Assembly: GCA_963813025.1 (NCBI GenBank)
Contig: CAWEXO010000014.1
Coordinates: 224,001 to 288,000 of the forward strand
Length of the DNA stretch: 64,000 nt
Source: an uncultured Verrucomicrobiae bacterium
Lineage (GTDB): Bacteria; Verrucomicrobiota; Verrucomicrobiia; Chthoniobacterales; JAFAMB01
Direction: 5' to 3'
Shown here: piece after piece, positions 62,026 through 64,000 of the stretch
Position numbering within the stretch: position 1 is the first letter of the stretch
Layout: every line of letters begins with the position of its first letter
Made by a program: the position numbers and the translations under genes
Notes under the pieces: generated by a model
Told to the model about the DNA's origin: nothing
The model's input: the letters and a program-made list of their open reading frames with translations, nothing else
The model's database searches: none

Positions 62026-62265
62026 ATGGACTCAGCAGAAGAACCGGTGCAGGAGCCGAGAGAATTTCTGGAAGAGGAAGTCGAGTCGGGAGTAAGTGAA
62101 TCGACGACTGATCCGTTGGCAGAACCCCCTGCTTCGCGGGGTTTTGAGGTACCGCGGATCACTCCTGACCTTGATGAAGAAGATGCGCGGACGGAACCGC
62201 CCGAGGAGGCGGAGGGGTATGGGACGGCTAACGACGAATCTCTCGAGGAAGGAACGGAGTTGTAG
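62026..62265 (+). CDS. Small acidic hypothetical protein
   Basis: 79 aa Glu-rich ORF directly after the LigD Pol gene. Confidence 0.5.
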   Translation: MDSAEEPVQEPREFLEEEVESGVSESTTDPLAEPPASRGFEVPRITPDLDEEDARTEPPEEAEGYGTANDESLEEGTEL

Positions 62266-62391
62266 GCGGAGTTATCACTGGCCAAAGACGGCGCCTCCGT
62301 CGATAAAGCTATGGCGGACACGGTCAAACAAGTTCTCGCCCGAGGCTCGGAGAAAGAAGCTGTCTCGCGACGCAATCTATGGCCTTGTATC

Positions 62392-62514
62392 GGTAGGGCG
62401 AAAATTCATTCGAGCGTCAGCGAGAACTTGTTTGAGCCGTCTGGACGTGTGCCACCTCCAACGCCCGGCTCAAACGAGTTCTCGCTTGGCGCTCGAATGA
62501 ATTTTCGCCCTACC
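62392..62514. repeat. GTAG-type REP doublet (REPIN), family B
   Basis: ggtagggcgaaaattcattcgagcg...cgctcgaatgaattttcgccctacc, arms about 48 bp. Confidence 0.85.
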
Positions 62515-62646
62515 AGCGCAGAGCCCAAGAATGTTCCGAGACGCTCTCTAAATTCTCGCCGTACCAGCACACAGCAAAGCCACATCGCTTCCGCAGCTGG
62601 GAATATTTCGGTCGGTGGCGCCCTCAACTGATCACTGTATATTGAG

Positions 62647-63186
62647 ATGATCAGGCAATTACTTGGGCTCCTGCTGGCTGGCACCGTTGCCTTGGCCGGC
62701 ACAGCCTGGGGTCAAACGAGCGCAAATCTAATAAAGGATATGTCAAAACTTCCGCAGGATGAGCTAAAGCAAAAGCTGACGCCGGAACAATATTATGTCA
62801 CTTGCCAGGACGGGACTGAACCACCTTTTCGCAATGCCTACTGGAATAATCATGCGGAAGGCCTCTATGTCGACGTCATTTCCGGAGAACCGCTGTTCAG
62901 CTCCAATGATAAATTCGATTCGGGGACAGGATGGCCGAGTTTTAGCAAACCGATTATCCAAGCAGCCTTGAAAGAAAAAACCGACTCCAGCCTCGGAATG
63001 GATCGCACCGAGGTTCGCGGCGCGAAAAGTGACGCACACCTGGGACATGTCTTTGAGGATGGCCCGAAGCCAACCGGCCTGCGTTTCTGCATGAACTCAG
63101 CAGCGCTGCGTTTTATTCCGGTTGATCGCTTAGAAGCGGAAGGCTATGGCGAATACCTCAAGCTTTTCAAAAAAGGGGACAAGTGA
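62647..63186 (+). CDS. msrB: Peptide-methionine (R)-S-oxide reductase with signal peptide
   Basis: [27 protein letters not shown] and RFCMNS motifs. Confidence 0.95.
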   Translation: MIRQLLGLLLAGTVALAGTAWGQTSANLIKDMSKLPQDELKQKLTPEQYYVTCQDGTEPPFRNAYWNNHAEGLYVDVISGEPLFSSNDKFDSGTGWPSFSKPIIQAALKEKTDSSLGMDRTEVRGAKSDAHLGHVFEDGPKPTGLRFCMNSAALRFIPVDRLEAEGYGEYLKLFKKGDK

Positions 63187-63195
63187 GGTTTTACC

Positions 63196-63822
63196 GTGAT
63201 CAGAACGATAACTTTCTTGGCTGCTTGCGTGTTGGGACTCTCTAACTTTTCTTTTGGACAAATGACGGAAAGCAAAAACGCGGGAACCACGGAGACAGCG
63301 GTGTTTGGTGGCGGTTGTTTCTGGTGTTTGGATGCCCAATTTAAGTTGTTGGATGGAGTAAAAAAAGTGACTTCGGGTTACGCCGGGGGCACCACGAAGA
63401 ACCCGACTTACGAGCAGGTGTGTAGCGATGAAACTGGGCATGCGGAGGTGATCAAGGTCGAGTTTGACCCGGCGAAAATCACTTATGCAGATCTGCTCCG
63501 GAAGTTTTTTCTGGCTCATGATCCAACCACCTTGAACCGGCAAGGCCCCGATACCGGCACACAATACCGCTCAATTATTCTTTACGAAGATGACAAACAG
63601 AAAGCGGTTGCTGAACAAGTGAAAGCAGAAGCGCGAAAGAGTTGGCCGGACCCGATCGTAACGCAGATTGTCCCGCTCAAGGAATTCTACGCGGCTGAAG
63701 ATTATCACCAGGATTATTTTGCCAAGAATCCCCAGGCCGGCTATTGCCGCCTGGTCGTGGCGCCCAAAGTCCAGAAATTTGAGGAAGAGCTGGAGAAGGA
63801 AAAAGTACAGGCGCAGCGATGA
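63196..63822 (+). CDS. msrA: Peptide-methionine (S)-S-oxide reductase with signal peptide
   Basis: GGCFWC, GHAE, HDPT, QYRS and AEDYHQDY motifs. Confidence 0.95.
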   Translation: MIRTITFLAACVLGLSNFSFGQMTESKNAGTTETAVFGGGCFWCLDAQFKLLDGVKKVTSGYAGGTTKNPTYEQVCSDETGHAEVIKVEFDPAKITYADLLRKFFLAHDPTTLNRQGPDTGTQYRSIILYEDDKQKAVAEQVKAEARKSWPDPIVTQIVPLKEFYAAEDYHQDYFAKNPQAGYCRLVVAPKVQKFEEELEKEKVQAQR

Positions 63823-64000
63823 AGGCCCTGGAGCTCTTACGTCCCGCGGCCAATTCCGGCCGAGAGCGTCGTGGAGTGCGCGCGACTTGTCGCCGCTCTG
63901 AGATCGGGCGGAGCGCGACTGCCAAGGATGCGGGTCTTCTCGACAGGGACTCCGCATTTTATTGGTTCGACTCGCGGCAGGGGCCGCGCGCCGCGCGGAT

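Noticed and set aside
62263..62631. Stop-codon readthrough joining 62026-62265 to the downstream frame
   Set aside because: The downstream frame runs into the REPIN and shows no recoding signal; a nonsense mutation cannot be excluded

Overview
64 kb of GC-rich bacterial chromosome. Its protein families and interspersed repeats suggest soil Verrucomicrobiota (Spartobacteria/Chthoniobacterales-like); this taxonomy is inference only. From left to right: (1) housekeeping and envelope genes (GT39, GT87, MFS, DUF1345, dienelactone hydrolase, PaaI); (2) an exported M1-aminopeptidase homologue that has lost all recognisable catalytic motifs; (3) a fused AhbAB/NirDL-like gene and a sigma54-type amtB-glnK unit, with amtB broken by many indels; (4) tRNA-Val(TAC) with two downstream copies of its 3' end, bounding a decayed ~11 kb island (IS21 and IS630 remnants, one intact IS630, gene debris) plus a 0.5 kb older remnant; (5) a LacI-led sugar operon combining an anhydrofructose-reductase-like enzyme, CoA-transferase, Gdh3-GMC fusion, crotonase, ALDH, GH88, ABC parts and a second GMC, with a convergent GH1 that lacks its acid/base Glu; (6) a frameshifted sugar ABC operon; (7) a 3xGAF kinase/NarL-type regulator module flanked by an inverted ~220 bp promoter duplication and repeated TACCC-N4-GGGTA boxes; (8) an amino-acid-binding-domain/TRIC-channel fusion; (9) further sugar ABC genes, a stand-alone LigD Pol domain and exported MsrB/MsrA. 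Several REP/REPIN-like repeat families are present and no CRISPR array was seen. All family calls come from recognising motifs by eye, with no database search. Clustered indels may be sequencing errors.
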